This document shows positions 22,891-36,879 of a stretch of DNA of 64,000 bases, one piece after another. Position 1 is the first letter of the stretch. Each line of letters opens with the position of its first letter. The notes under the pieces are model-generated. The model had not been told where the DNA came from, made no database searches, and saw only the letters and a list, made by a program, of their open reading frames with translations. Made by a program: the position numbers and the translations under genes. Source of the DNA: Octopus sinensis (taxonomy: Eukaryota); contig NC_043010.1 in NCBI RefSeq assembly GCF_006345805.1, forward strand, positions 18,476,001-18,540,000, written 5' to 3'.

Positions 22891-23574
22891 TCCATTCCAT
22901 GTGCATGTATGTATATATATATATATATATATATACTTTATGTATATGTAGGTATGTATATGTGGGGGGGGGACATACAAATACACTCACTCACTCACTC
23001 ATCCAGCTAATTCTTATTTTCATTTAAATTTACTTATTAAAAATGTTGAGTAATTTAATCGCTCCTATTTACAGAATCATAAAATTCTTAGACTCTTCAG
23101 TGCCATACACTTCAACTTCTATTTCCGATATATAATAACCACCAACCAGATTCTCGTAGAGAGTCTAAAAACAATATATTTGTAGCATATTTATCCTTCA
23201 ACAGATATATAGACACACACCAGAGTAATCATCATCATCATCATCGTTATAACGTCTATTTCTTCATGCTGGCATGGGTCAGACGGAAATTATTGTTGAG
23301 GCAGATTTTCCACGGCCGGATGCATTTTCTGCTACCAATCCTCACTGGTTTCCAAGTAGGGCACTATTTCCTGAAGGTAGACGAGTTTTGCGAAAGCTTG
23401 GAAACGAAGTACCCCGCTTGTATGACGATAGCACTTGTTTACAACAATCAACGCTCCCGCAATATCAAGACAACGATAGGGGCGTAATAATAGCGCAAAA
23501 CTATTTTAAACACAGGCGAGCGCATACTCATACTTGTTTAGAAAGTCCGTTTCCAATTTTAAATATTGTTTTGG

Positions 23575-23765
23575 AGGCCAGCAAATTCGGTGGAGCGGGT
23601 AAGGTGATTACATCCACCCCAGGGCTCAACTGGAAATTATTCTATCGATCACGAAAGAATGAAAGACAAAGTCGACCTAGGCGGAATTTGATCTCAGAGC
23701 GTGAAGACGGACGAAATGCCGCTAAGCACTTTGCTTGGCCTGCTAACGATTCTGCCACCTCACCG
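23575..23765 (-). mobile_element. Diverged Nin/Deu-type SINE
   Basis: gaatgaaagacaaagtcgacctaggcggaatttga...gaaatgccgctaagc matches the 45.2-kb family. Confidence 0.7.
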
Positions 23766-24057
23766 ACTTTTTCCTCTTCAATATTCCTTTTTACCGACCA
23801 TTATATCAACAAACAAATTAACTTGTTTCTCCTCCATTCACTATCTTATTAGTTTAATACTTTGAAGAAGATAAAAAAGATGTTACTTTGAATATTTCAA
23901 ACCGATTCTCCATCTTGTCTTTGTCCCGACGCCCTACTCCTACGATGAAAGCATTTTCAGATGTTACTTTTAAGTGTTTTAAAATAACACCATTATTTTA
24001 ACTCACGCGCGCACGCATGTACGTATGCATATGTATGTGTGTATATATATATATATG

Positions 24058-24103
<46 letters not shown>

Positions 24104-25384
24104 CAGTGTGGGGAAGCAAAATTTACAATATTTTGAGGCAGGAATTGAAAGACATTGTAGGACCAATTAGTTTATTGAAAGTCATGAGAATTATTTGCCA
24201 CAAGAAAATGTACATAACAGAAAATGTTTTTATTCTATGTGTCCTCCTTCTTTCTCAATAACTGCCTTCACACGCTTCCTGAAACTTGCACAGGTGTTCC
24301 TCAAATATTCGGGAGACAAAGTCTCCCATTCTTCTTTAATAGTATCTCTAAGAGAGTCGACATTACTGTGTGATATTCTATTGGTAGCATGTTCTAAAAC
24401 GCCCCAAATAGCATAATCCAGAGGGTTTAGATCTGGGCTAGAAGGTGGCCATAAACATGATTCCAAAAAATTGCTAAAGCTGGATTTGCAGAAATCTTGT
24501 ATTTTTCTAGCTGTGTGGGCTGGAGTACCGCCCTGTGTCCATACATAATTACGATCTGGGTAGTTTGCTTTAAGCCATGGCAATACCTGGTATCTCAGAG
24601 TCTTATAGTAAGTATTAACATTGATCTTTTCATCGGCTTTGTAGAATTTTATATGCACTTTCTTTCTATCGGAAGCCACAACACCAAAAGCCATAACTTG
24701 AGCAGGATGTTTTGTTTTGAATGTCCCCTTAACCTCAGCTGTTGATTTTGCAATAAATCTGTCATTTCTGCAGTTCAGAACAGCATCGACACTGAAGATC
24801 TTTTCATCTGAAAAGATCGTTACAATGGAGGACTTTTTCTTGAACCATGTAATAATTTTCTTGCACCTTTCCAATCTCTTTTCTTTCATAGCTGTTGTCA
24901 ACAAGTATTTCGGTGTTCTTGTATAAGATTTTAACCTCAAGTCATATTTTACTGCATTTCTAATGGTCTTGTTGACTACCTCAAGTTCAATTGCCATTTT
25001 TCTCATGGATTTGGTTGAATCCTATAGGATTTTGTATTTGAGAGCTTTAATAAAAGCTTTGGTACGTTTTTGTTGATTCCTCCACTTCCAGACCTCCTCA
25101 TAATAGTTTTGCTCATAGTCATTCTATTCTTTACATTGTAAACAGTCTTTACACTCCAACTATTCTTGAAATCTCCTTTGGTGTGACGAGTGCATTCAGC
25201 AAATCACACACTCTTTGACATTTGCCTTCCTGATTACTTATATGGGTAAAAGTTTCTGCAAAGGTAAGGATAACAGTGTTAGGTATGATTACGACATCAA
25301 TATATGCTAGGTTTCAAAACATTGACTTAGTGCTTGCTGAGAAAAAACAACTTAACATTCATTGTAAATTTTGCTTCCCCACCC

Positions 25385-25386
<2 letters not shown>
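24104..25386 (-). mobile_element. Full-length maT/DD37D (Tc1-mariner superfamily) transposon, inactive
   Basis: 26-bp TIRs cagtgtggggaagcaaaatttacaat / attgtaaattttgcttccccaccctg with TA flanks; 1283 bp. Confidence 0.92.
24230..25006 (-). pseudogene. DD37D transposase (second Asp mutated to Gly; N-terminus disrupted)
   Basis: FSDEKIF ... WTQG(D)GTPAH ... SPDLNPLDYAIW, with 37 residues between the 2nd and 3rd catalytic positions. Confidence 0.88.
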
Positions 25387-25482
<96 letters not shown>

Positions 25483-25753
25483 GACGGGCTTCTTTCGGTT
25501 TCCAACTACCAATCCACACAAAAGATCGGCTCGGGGCTATTGCAGAAGGCACGTGTCCAAGGTACCACGCAGTAGGACTGAACCCCGCACCATAAGATAT
25601 GTTTGTTCCCACTCAACACTTATTTTAGTGCTGTTGACATCACTGGATTAAATAGTACTGCCCAGGTGTCTGAACGGATGACTAGATATATACAATATAC
25701 CGCGGTTTTCGAACAACTCTGATCGCGAATAAATTGTGCTTTATATATATATA

Positions 25754-26387
25754 CTAGCAGTATCGCCCGGCGTTGCTCGGGTTTGTAAGGGAAATAACTA
25801 TATAAGCATTTTTAGAGAGTTATAGCCAAAAAATAGCCAAAAATGCATTAAAAATGGAAATAATATGATGGTAAATTTTTTTTTAAATCGTTGACTCATC
25901 GTAGACATTTTTAGAGAGTTACTTCCCTTATATAAGCGAAAAAATGCATTAAAATGGAAAAAAAAAGCGATGGTAATTTTTTTTTTAAATCGTAGACTCA
26001 TGTAGACGCTTTCTTAGCCATTTCTGTTTTGGTGTCTTCAAGCCATGAAGTCGTTATTCTAAAAGAACGCTGGTCTCCTTGACAACGCATTACGACGTTG
26101 ATTTCCTTACACTCCCTTCCCCACAGGTGCAGGTGTGAGCGTGGACGCCAACTCCGCCGCCATCGACACACGAAAAATTATGCATTAAAATGGAATAAAA
26201 AATTATGTTAAATTATTTTTAAAATCGTAGACTATCGTAGACGCGCGCTAATACTCAGACGGGCTCGATATGAATCACGACTATAAGCTACCCGAATTTG
26301 GTTAAACTGCACCGCAAAATGTGGGAGTAGTTAGGAATCTAAATCGAAGGGGACAGACACTCACACAACTACAGTTTTATATATAGA
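25754..26387 (-). mobile_element. Non-autonomous Helitron
   Basis: Minus strand begins TCTATATATAAAACTG and ends with hairpin cccgagcaacgccggg plus gctag. A|T insertion, no TSD. Confidence 0.8.
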
Positions 26388-26397
26388 TATACATAGC

Positions 26398-26965
26398 GCA
26401 GTAGTGGTGAGATGTGACAGCAAAGAAAAGCATACATTCACTCTCTGCATGCAATTAGACTCGGAAAGTTCGTGAGGAACCCATTGACCCAATTTGCTGA
26501 CTTTTCCGATAGCACACAGGTCTCAATGAATGGTTGAATGACCAAATCCAAGCTTCTCTGCTAGTTCCTCAACAGTTACGATGAGATTTTGTTCCACCAG
26601 GGTTTTCAGGATGTCCTTGTCGTGTTCTACAGATCTTTCAGGATGAGGCTCGTCTTCTAGGCTGTAGTTTATGGCTCGGAATTTCTGGAACCACCATTGA
26701 CACTGCCTTACGCTTATTGTCCATCCCCATATACTGCATTAATATTTCTTGTACTTTCCGTTGCGTTGTTATCTTTATTGAACTCATAAAGCAAAATATG
26801 CCAAATATGCTCCTTTGTTACTTCCAATATAGCTTTGAAAAAAATAGCTGTTAAAATCGAAATGCACTCTTCAAAACTTGCACTATGAATAAGGACAAGA
26901 TAAAATTACTACCTGCTTTTATAGCAAGTTAATATAAGTGGTTTATCCCATTCCCCTCTGACTTT
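26398..26965 (-). mobile_element. mariner 5' fragment (HTH region)
   Basis: EVTKEHIWHILLYEFNKDNNATESTRNINAVYG..QWWFQKFR on the minus strand. Confidence 0.75.
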
Positions 26966-27127
26966 TAGTTCAAGCTGTTGAAAAAACCGCATTATTATAT
27001 ATATATATACATTACATACATACATACATACATATACACACACACTCTCTCTCTCACACACATGCGCACATTTATATTCTGTTATTCTTTTATATGTTTC
27101 AGCCTTGAGGTTGTGGCCATGCTGGAT

Positions 27128-27167
<40 letters not shown>

Positions 27168-27645
27168 TATCTGTCTGTCTGTCTGTATGTATATATATGT
27201 ATATGTATGTGTGTGAACAATAATATTTTCAACAGATGTGTTGCAAATGTATCTGATTGTTCTCAAGCTTCAATACTGTGTGTGTGTATGTGTGTGTGTG
27301 TGTATGTATGTATGTATATGTATGTATGTATGTATATGTATGTATGTATGTATGTGTGTATGTATGTATGTGTGTGTGTGTGTATGTATGTGTGTGTATG
27401 TATGTATGTATGTATGTATGTATGTATGTATGTATGTATGTATGTGTGTATGTATGTATGAGTGTATGTTTACTTTATTACTAACACAAGCCACTACGGT
27501 TATTTAATGTAAAGTCCTCCTCAAATCACTCTCTGTCGCTAATTTACTCTCTTCCAAGGACATTTTCACTCACTCTTATGTGTTAGCTTCCCATACATTT
27601 TACTCATGTATCTATCAGCGTCATAGACAGAGACAAATATTACAT

Positions 27646-27911
27646 CTAGTTTCACTTTATTCGTTGCCCCTGTGTGTGTGCGTTTGCGTGTGGTGTAAAC
27701 CAGACTAAGAAAAGCATACACACCACACCAGAATGTGAGTTTTCTGTAAATTTTGCTTAATTGGAGTTTAAATTTTAAAAACTGGACCTGGCATGACGCG
27801 ATGCATTGTACTCTCAAAAATGCTAGGTAAATTGTAATTGAAGAAATCCTATATTAGATTTGTATAACTCCCAAAGGGAGGCAGATAAAATCTGCCTTTT
27901 ATAATAAGAGA
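27646..27911 (-). mobile_element. Helitron-like fragment
   Basis: Minus-strand 5' end TCTCTTATTATAAAAGGCAG next to (TA)n. Possible CTAG end at 27646. Confidence 0.45.
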
Positions 27912-27921
27912 TATATACATA

Positions 27922-27972
<51 letters not shown>

Positions 27973-27985
27973 ATATATACATACA

Positions 27986-28379
27986 TCTTTATATATAAAA
28001 GTGAGGTTGCGTGCTGTCTGTCTCCTACGATTTAGATTCCTAACTACTCCCACATTTTGCGGTGCAGTTTAACCAAAACCGGGTATCTTATAGTCGTGAT
28101 TCATATCGAGCCCTTCTGGGTATTATCGCGCGTCTACGATGAGTCTACGATTTAAAAAAAAATTTACCATCAATTTTTCCCATTTTTAATGCAGTTTTGG
28201 CATATATAAGGGAAGTAACTCTCTAAAAAATTTATTAAATCTCTGAACGTAAAAAGCTATAGTAACCCCCCCCCCTTGTGGTTAGCCATATTGAGATGGC
28301 TATTATACTTTACATCTCTAAAAATGCTTATATAGTTATTTCCCTTACAAACCCGAGCAACGCCGGGCGATACTGATGG
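27986..28379 (+). mobile_element. Non-autonomous Helitron, same family as 25754-26387
   Basis: 5' TCTTTATATATAAAAG; shared body; 3' hairpin cccgagcaacgccggg with a decayed CTAG. Confidence 0.8.
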
Positions 28380-28735
28380 TATATATATATATAAAGCAAG
28401 ATTTATTTGTGATCAGAGGCGTTCGTAAACCGAGGTTCTGCTGTATTAAATGAATATGAGAAAGACAGGAGATAAAGTACGATTTCTTCATGATCAGAGT
28501 TGTTCGAAAACCGAGGTTGTGCTGAGTTAGAGTGTATTAAAACAATTGATTCTGTGTTACCTATTTTAGGAATACATTTGTGTGGGATGTGTGCGTATGT
28601 GTATGCGCGTGCACGTGTGTGCGTGAGTGTGTGTACCGTATGTGTCCAAAGGATGCGTGTGTTTGTGTGTGCTTCTATGAGTGCATCATGTGTGTGTATA
28701 TACGAGTAGATGTTCGTATACGTGTGTGTGTGTGC

Positions 28736-28794
<59 letters not shown>

Positions 28795-29108
28795 TGTGTG
28801 TGTGCGCGCAATTCCATAGCCTTCGGCCACTCTTTAGCCTCGAACACAGTGGACATGGTCGCTGTTGTAAGGTGTCCACTAATGATGTCACTTGTACGGC
28901 TTGCTATCACCACCACCACCACCACCATCACTACCACCGCTTCCGCCGTCAACAACAACACTGGTGCCGCTCATCACCACTATCAACAACAGCAACATCA
29001 CCTACATCAATGTGGTTACTAAGACTGCTGGAAATAGCAGCAAAATCTCACTCATATTTCACCTTGTTGTCTGAAATAAGCGAAGAGAACGCATTAGAAA
29101 ATGTAATC

Positions 29109-29270
29109 TCTATAAAATATAAAGCTGAAGTTTTCTGTGTGTGTGTGGCAGGTTTGGTAGCCTTCAACTAAAACTATCTCCTCCGAGACCCTGCGACGCA
29201 AGTTGACCAAAATTGAGAGTATGGTAGAAGAAGGTTTGCTCTTCCTTCCCTAGAAGAAAAAATTCAAATG
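29109..29270 (+). mobile_element. Helitron-like 5' fragment
   Basis: TCTATAAAATATAAAGCTGAAG..(TG)n..ctcctccgagacc..ttgaccaaaattg pattern. Confidence 0.45.
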
Positions 29271-29276
29271 TGGTGT

Positions 29277-29315
<39 letters not shown>

Positions 29316-29854
29316 TGTGTGCGTGCGTGTGCGTACGTGTATGTGGTAGCATGTGTGTGTGTTTGTATTAACTGTGTGTCCGTTTTGTGTGTGTGTTGTA
29401 GCGCGCGTGTGTGTGTTGTAGCGTGTGTGTGTGTGTATGTGTGTATGTGTGTGTGTGCATGTATATTTGTTCTGTATGTATGGATGGATATATACCCACA
29501 TATATATGCGCATATACATACCCACAAACAGACTTACATGTGTGTGTGCGCACGCTTACCATTTATGTATAACTATATCAGCGGAAGAGAAATTCTGAGT
29601 GACTTGACACCAGTATATAACTGGTATTTTGTATTATTTCTCTTCGCTCGGTGTTCTGAAGATCGATACGAAACTCAACCGCAGCTCATTTGGCGACACG
29701 CTCAATACAATGTCACAATTAGTCCACTTCTGTGACATCCGCGGTGATAATGGAAATTTATGTTCATTAAACTACATATGGTGCTACTAGTGCTATGAAT
29801 TACCCAACAGCTTTTGTGCAGTAAATTAATGTAATCAACTGGTTTCGTTTTGAC

Positions 29855-30195
29855 TAAGGGTAAAGACCCTCTTCGGTCATGACTGAGTATGGGATTGCAC
29901 CTAGAAAGTTCTCCTCCGAGGCACAATTCTGGGCAAGCTTGTTTATGGAAGACCAGCAGTCGCCCATGCACACCTGCCTCCCCTCTCCATGTCACCGATG
30001 TTATCCAAAGGAAAAGCAAAGAGGCCGATACAGGTTGGCACCAGTGATGTCGCAACCCACTTCTACAGCTGAGTGAACTGGAGCAATGTGAAATAAAGTG
30101 TCTTGCTCAAGAACACAACACGCAGCCTGTTCAGGGAATCGAACTCACTACCTCATGATTATGAACCTGACCCTCTAACCAGAGCCATGCGCTTT
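29855..30195 (-). mobile_element. tRNA-derived SINE
   Basis: Minus-strand head gcgcatggctctggttagag...gagttcgattccc, then gtgttcttgagcaagacacttt. Related pieces at 33915-34170 and 37860-37925. Confidence 0.8.
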
Positions 30196-31501
30196 CTTTA
30201 GAGAAGTAAGAAGCCGAATACTTGGTCAATTAATAATATCTCATTATTTATGTGTTACCTTTTTCGTTGACCACGTAAGAATGAAAGAAGGCAAAGTCGG
30301 TTCACCTGAATTTAGTCCCTTAATTAAAAAAGTGTAAGGGATTTTAACCGACTCTTTATAGTTTCTCCCTCCAAACTCAAATTCTCTTAAATTGCATTGC
30401 AAAGAGTCTTTAAATAAAAAAAAACATGGTCATCACACAACTTGTATTTTATGTTCGAATATGAAGCTATTTTCGTTAAAGAAATGAAGCGATATTTTAA
30501 CTAACCACTTTGATGGAGATAAAGGCAGAGCAAACCTGGTGAAGGCGATTCAGTTTCAATACTCTTATTTATTTATTTATTTATTTATTTTACTTGTGAG
30601 GATCATGGTGGGAGAGACAGTATGTATGGCTTTCTTAGACTCACCGAGACCAATAAAGTCTAGAGCTGTTCATTACGAGAATCGAAGCCAGAACATTAGC
30701 GTTATTCGCGCGACGCTCTAAACGAGTAATCTTACAGGCGTTTTATTTAAATTTGTATGAATTTCCTTCACCACATTTATTCCACTGAATGCTATTGGTT
30801 AATGTACGTTCCTTACAGCAGCACATTCTGCGTCTTTGTGAAAACTAAAAGCCCAGAAAAAAGTGTTGAATATTTTGATTAAGCCGTTGATGTAACCAGA
30901 ACAATAAGAAACAAAAGCAGTGATAAAACAGCTACAGTTGTGTTTTATTCCTCATCTTTATTGAATTCTGATTTAAAAAAAAAAAATAAATACATTACCT
31001 GAATTGTTTTTCAAAAAATACATAATCTGAATTGTTTAAATAATTTAGCTTTCGCTCTACAAATAAAGACGCCTCGAACAAATACACAAATACAAACAGA
31101 TTCACCAGACTGGTAGCCATTTTGATAAAGATAGAGAATTTTTCTCTCTCTCTTTATTAACTGTCAAGTTTCATTTAATTATATTCAAATCCTTTCTCCA
31201 TTTTTCTATTTTGGTGGGTTTCAGGCAAAATAAAAATATATAAAATGCGTAGTTTTAGATTATTAATAAAATCTGTGTTACGATTTATAAATCACGACAA
31301 CGATTTCTTGTTCTATTCGATCTGTTTATGTGTTTTGTTATTTACTTTGTATTTTGATATATTCCGATGGCTACAACCAGCCATATTGGAACGACGAAAC
31401 CGCTGCCTCAATAATAACATATACATGCATATATGTGTATGTTTGTATAAGTAGATAAATGCGCATGTGTGCATGTATATATTCAATACATACATTCATA
31501 A

Positions 31502-31551
<50 letters not shown>

Positions 31552-31674
31552 ATATGTGTGTCTGTATGTATGTATGTATATATACACACACACACACAAA
31601 CATAGCTACAAGGACAAATAAATGCATATATAAATACATAAATACATGTACACTTTCAGACATAGGCATGTATA

Positions 31675-32884
31675 CACTGACATAACAGAAGTAAATAGAC
31701 AACCTTATAATCATTAAAATTTATTTAAACCTGAAATTATACATTCAAATTATTTATTAATTATCATAATGTGAATATCTAATATTTAGTAGACACGCCC
31801 TTTGCATTTTTCAATGCAAGGGCCCTACTAGGCATGTTACTGATCAGATGACGAATATTCTCTTGGGAAATTTCTTGCCAATTTTCATGCAGTAATCTCA
31901 AAAGATCTGGCTTTGAAGATGCTTTCTTGTTCTTTTTATGAAGTATCCTGTCCATTATGTACCAGAGGTGTTCAATGAGGTTAATATCTGGTGAATGGCT
32001 TGGCCATGGAAGCTTTTTAATGCCATTCTCTTCTGGCCAATCTTGGGTCTTTTTTAGCCGTGTGACAAGAAGCCACATCTTCCAAAAATAGTCTTTTTTG
32101 ATCATTTCACCACTGGGGAAGATTGGAAAGAGTCCTTTCTGCAATATGGATACATATTTATCTGAGCTTATGTTTCCCTCACACTCCACCAACTCCGCTT
32201 GACCATTGCTCCAAATTGCTCCCCAGACCATCACAGAACAGCTGCCGTGTTTCATTGTTGGCTGCAATATTTTCAAGTCAAATTCTTGATCACAGAGTCT
32301 ACAGACCCACCCTCGATCAGTCCGAAAATGCAGCAAATCTGGACACGTCAGAGAATATAACAGTGTCCCAAAATGCTAGTGGCCTCTTCGCCATCTCACT
32401 GGGCAAAGCTTTTCTCTGCTTGATATTGGCTGGTCGAAAGAGTGGCTTCCTTCTTGCTGATCTGCCATAGTAGCTAATCCTGTGGAGATAACTGACAGCT
32501 GTTCTGGGATTGACATCAACTTGTTATGCTATATCAGAAGCCTTGCAACGAGAATTATCCTCCACACTTCTCTTAACAAAGCGAAGGGTCCTGTCAGAGC
32601 TCTAGTCGACCTGGGTGAGGTGATGTGGACTCCTTCTCCTGTCTGGTGAATTGTACAATCACTCTATTAACTGTAGAAAGTGGAGTCCCCAAGGTTCTCT
32701 GCAATTTTATGTTGACTAACGGACAGTTCCAAAGCTTCTTTTGTACATGGCATGATTAAACAGTCACATATAGAACCTGAAATATAAAAATGTCAATTAA
32801 TAAAAAAAATACAAACCATTTCAAGTTAAAATAAGCATAAAGCAATGTTTTATAGGGAATCTATTTACTTCTGTCGTGTCTGTG
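31675..32884 (-). mobile_element. Tc1 (DD34E-type) transposon, decayed
   Basis: 25-bp TIRs cactgacataacagaagtaaataga / tctatttacttctgtcgtgtctgtg with TA flanks. Motifs MVWGAI and WPSHSPDINLIEHLW. Confidence 0.88.
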
Positions 32885-33019
32885 TATATCTTCATATAAA
32901 CACAATCGTAGTCGATTAAATTCTTATATCTTTATATAACTATGTATGAATATGCATACATTCATACATACGTAACCTATATACACACGTATGAAGATTA
33001 TTACCCACATATGAAACAG

Positions 33020-33900
33020 TATTGGGTTGTCCGATTAATTCGTTTTTCCTGTTCTATTTATTTTAATCCTTATTTTTCATCAACAATTTTAACAAATCAG
33101 TCAATAATAGATTCTTCTTCATTGTTCACGACTTCTTGCCAATGTTCCACAAGTTTACCACTGCCTTGACGGAAGAAATCACCCGAAGAATTCATCGAGC
33201 CATGTTCTTGGCTCCGCGTCGTTGCTGAACGAAACATCTCACAGACTGTTGGAGAACGATTGAAAAAGCTGATAATCTGAATGTGGTATATCAGAAGAAT
33301 ACGGTGGGTGCGGTAAAACTTCCCGATCGAACTCTTGAATAGTATTTTGGATCAAATTAGCGAAGTGGGGGGCGATAGAGGAGCGCTGGAGTTTGTCTCT
33401 TTCGTTCAGAGCACGTGGCACGTATGCATCGAGTTTTTTGGAACCTTACCCATCGAGTGACGATGACGAGTGACGCTATTCTGAGATCATCCCATCTGTT
33501 AGACCAATTTCATAGGGGATTGGTGCGGATCCTCAGGGATGAGCTGCTCCAATCGATCCTTATTGAGCTGAACAGGTCGGCTTGAACGTGGAAAGTCTGT
33601 GTGATCGAAATTCCCATCCTTGAAGCCTGTAAGCCATTTCTGTGCAATTCTTTTAATAATATCGCCTTCTCCGTACACAACACAAATGCCCTGAGCGGCT
33701 TCGACAGCTTTGGAACTTTGATTGAAAACGAAGAGAAACAGATGTCGAAAATGCCCTTTTTTTCTTCTCTCTTTGGTATTTCGTCATGTCTGAAAAGAGG
33801 TAAAAATTTATTCAAATTTCAAAAACAAAGAACTAAATTTGCAAAGAAAGAATAGAACTACAAAAAAAACTTGATAAAAAATATTTTTCGTGTAACATTT
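33020..33900 (-). mobile_element. mariner (DD34D-type) internally deleted remnant
   Basis: EVLPHPPYSSDIPHSDYQLFQS; end tattgggttgtcc. Confidence 0.75.
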
Positions 33901-33914
33901 GAAAGAAACAAAAT

Positions 33915-34170
33915 CGTGATTTCAATGCCCAGACAGAGTGGTGCGTTGTGTTCTTGAGCAAAACCCTTCCTCACACGTTGCTCTGCAATCACTTCGACAC
34001 CTGACCCGTGGCGCACCTGTTCACCTGTTCAGGTAATGTCTATTTGATGGAGAGATTGAGCTAATGTGCGGCACGTACATTTGATCTCTTATAAACAAAT
34101 CATTTGTGCAGGTTGTTCGACAAAAAGCTGACCGCTCGTATGTCGTCTGCGACGAGAGAGTCCATCGTTA
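33915..34170 (+). mobile_element. SINE body
   Basis: gatttcaatgccc B-box remnant followed by gttgtgttcttgagcaaaac, as in the other SINEs. Confidence 0.55.
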
Positions 34171-34644
34171 TTATTTGTAGCCAACAAGTTACAACAGTGA
34201 GATAACGCCCTGAGTTTCCTGCCAAGGTACTTAACAAGCAAGATTGTATTTAAAAGTTATAGAAAAATTGCGAAAAGAAGAAAAAGCATTAAATACGTCG
34301 CAGAATGGACACAGACGTTTAAATTTACTCACTACCCGGGTAAAGTTGCGAGTGTATATACACACACACACGCTCTCTCTCACACACACACAATTACACA
34401 TACACACACAAACATAGATATATACACATACATATATATACACAAATATATACGTACACAAATATAATACAGAAATATATATACATATATATATATATAT
34501 TGTATATATATATATATATATATTATATATTATATATATATGTATGAATATACATATAGTGTGGGAGTACATATGTTATATGTATATATATATAGTATAA
34601 TGTATATAATATATATTATATATTATAGATATGTATGTATATAT

Positions 34645-34685
<41 letters not shown>

Positions 34686-34872
34686 ATGTTTGTTATGCAT
34701 GTGTGTATATAACATGTATATCTGTCTATTTAGCTAGCTATCTCTACCTCTCTATTTATCTATTCACACACACAGATGTATGATGACGAAGATTATGAAG
34801 AAGATGACAATGATGATGGCTATCCGCTGGTGACTGAGGAAGACCACCACTGGCCGTTGCCAATGCAAAATG

Positions 34873-34988
34873 TCAGCGATGCCCGTGCGTGTGCTTATTG
34901 CACCAGCAGTCGCCTTCACACGGCTCCACGACCGTGGCTTCCGTGATCGCCGCGTATTGGATGATCGTCTCGCCGGCGATTGCACGAC
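34873..34988 (-). CDS. Candidate terminal coding exon of an unidentified host gene
   Basis: aatttttAG acceptor at 34990-34989. Phase-1 frame RAIAGETIIQYAAITEATVVEPCEGDCWCNKHTHGHR* has very high third-position GC in an AT-rich background. Confidence 0.55.
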
Positions 34989-35996
34989 CTAAAAATTTTA
35001 GGCCCAAGAAGGCCGACACAGCACTTCAAAGACTCTCTCCAGTGCCAATATGAGTCGCACGCTCAAGAATGTGGGAGCGCCATGATCTCAGATGCAAACA
35101 AAATCTCCCAAAAATGTTCACTGTCAATGCTTCCATATTTGGTTTCCCCTAGAGACATGCTTTAACAAAAGCTAAAGGGTTGCTTCTCTGTCACGTTGAA
35201 TCGGATTGATAAGGAATCATGCTTGATCGAATTATACTCTTTTGGTTTCGTTTCAGTTGTGATTGTAAATGTTGCTGTTCTTGTTTTTTACAGTAACGTT
35301 GAATATAAGTTGAAAAGCACATAAAAATATACGTTGGTAGACTTGCACTCACATATATATGTTCACTTAAATAAGCAGGAATGTACATACACACATACAC
35401 ACACACACACACACACACATTGACACACACATACATGCACACACGCACACATATATTACTACATGCACATATACACGTATACGCATACAAACATGCATCG
35501 AAGACTACAGATCCAATCCATCACTGGAACTGTAAAAATCCGTAAAACTTTCCAGACGTTTATCATTTAAGTATATATGAGCATGTCTAGATATGCAACT
35601 ATATGCATGAGGATATATACATAAAGCATACATACATACATACATACATACATACATACATACATACATACATACATACATACATGCATACATACACACA
35701 CACATACATACAACTATATGCATGAGGATATATACATAAAGCATACATACATACATACATACATACATTCATACATACATACATACATACATACATACAC
35801 ACACACATACATACATACATACATACACACATACATACATACATACACACATACATACATACACACATGCATCCATGCATCCATCCATCCATCCATCCAT
35901 ACATACATACATACATACACACATACATACATACACACATACATACATACATACACACACATACATACCTACATACACACACATACTATCATACCT

Positions 35997-36096
35997 NNNN
36001 NNNNNNNNNNNNNNNNNNNNNNNNNNNNNNNNNNNNNNNNNNNNNNNNNNNNNNNNNNNNNNNNNNNNNNNNNNNNNNNNNNNNNNNNNNNNNNNN
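35997..36096. other. Assembly gap (100 N)
   Basis: Run of N. Confidence 1.
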
Positions 36097-36373
36097 AGTG
36101 ACAGGGGCGTAAACACATCAGCATCGGTTGTCAAGCAATGCTAGGGGACAAACACAGACCACACAACACACAACACCTACATATAGATACATATACATAA
36201 TATACGACAGGCTTCTTTCAGTTTCCGTCTACCAAATCCACTCACAAGGTATTGGTCGGCCCGGGGCTATAGCAGAAGACACTTGCCCAAGATGCCACGC
36301 AGTGGGACTGAACCCGGAGCATCATGTGGTTGGTTAGCAAGCTCTACTTACCACACAGCCACTCCTGCGCCTA
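36097..36373 (-). mobile_element. tRNA-derived SINE
   Basis: Minus-strand head taggcgcaggagTGGCTGTGTGGtaag...gGGTTCAGTCCC, then cttgggcaagtgtc. Confidence 0.85.
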
Positions 36374-36377
36374 TAAT

Positions 36378-36410
<33 letters not shown>

Positions 36411-36419
36411 TATGATATA

Positions 36420-36635
36420 GATCGCAATGTTGATTCGTTAGCTACTGACGCATTTTTTTTCTCTCCTTCTTTCTGTGTTTTTTTGCTCTCTGTGTATCTT
36501 TCTGTTGAAGAGCGTAGGCTCGAAACGTTAAAGACTTGTTTTATTTATATTTCCTGAGCGCCATACTAATACAATTGTTCGTTTGTCTTCCACCTGCCTT
36601 CGTCTTTTGTCTATTTTCATAAAGCTTCCCGTTAT
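36420..36635 (+). mobile_element. Penelope-like terminus with variant minimal hammerhead (36497-36534)
   Basis: tcttt CTGTTGA a gagc-gtag-gctc GAAA cg TT aaaga. Same family at 54410-54570. Confidence 0.6.
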
Positions 36636-36771
36636 GTATGTATGTATATATATATATATATATATATAAGGTTAATCCAAACATGAAAACTCAAAGAGAA
36701 AACACAACAACGCGAGGACGTGGAACAAGTATAGTATTATTGGACGCTCAGGAAAGAAGGAAAGAAGGAGG

Positions 36772-36806
36772 GTTTAACGTTTCGAGCGGAGCTCTTCGTC
36801 AGAAAC
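36772..36806 (-). ncRNA. Minimal type I hammerhead ribozyme within a Penelope-like terminus (~36668-36882)
   Basis: Minus strand: gttt CTGACGA a gagc-tcc-gctc GAAA cg TT aaac. Stem III is the palindrome aacgtt, so it requires a dimer. Confidence 0.7.
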
Positions 36807-36879
36807 AAAGTAAAAAGGAAAGATCCAGAGAAGGGAAGACGGAGGGAAAAAAATCGCCAACGGTACACACGCGGTCACA

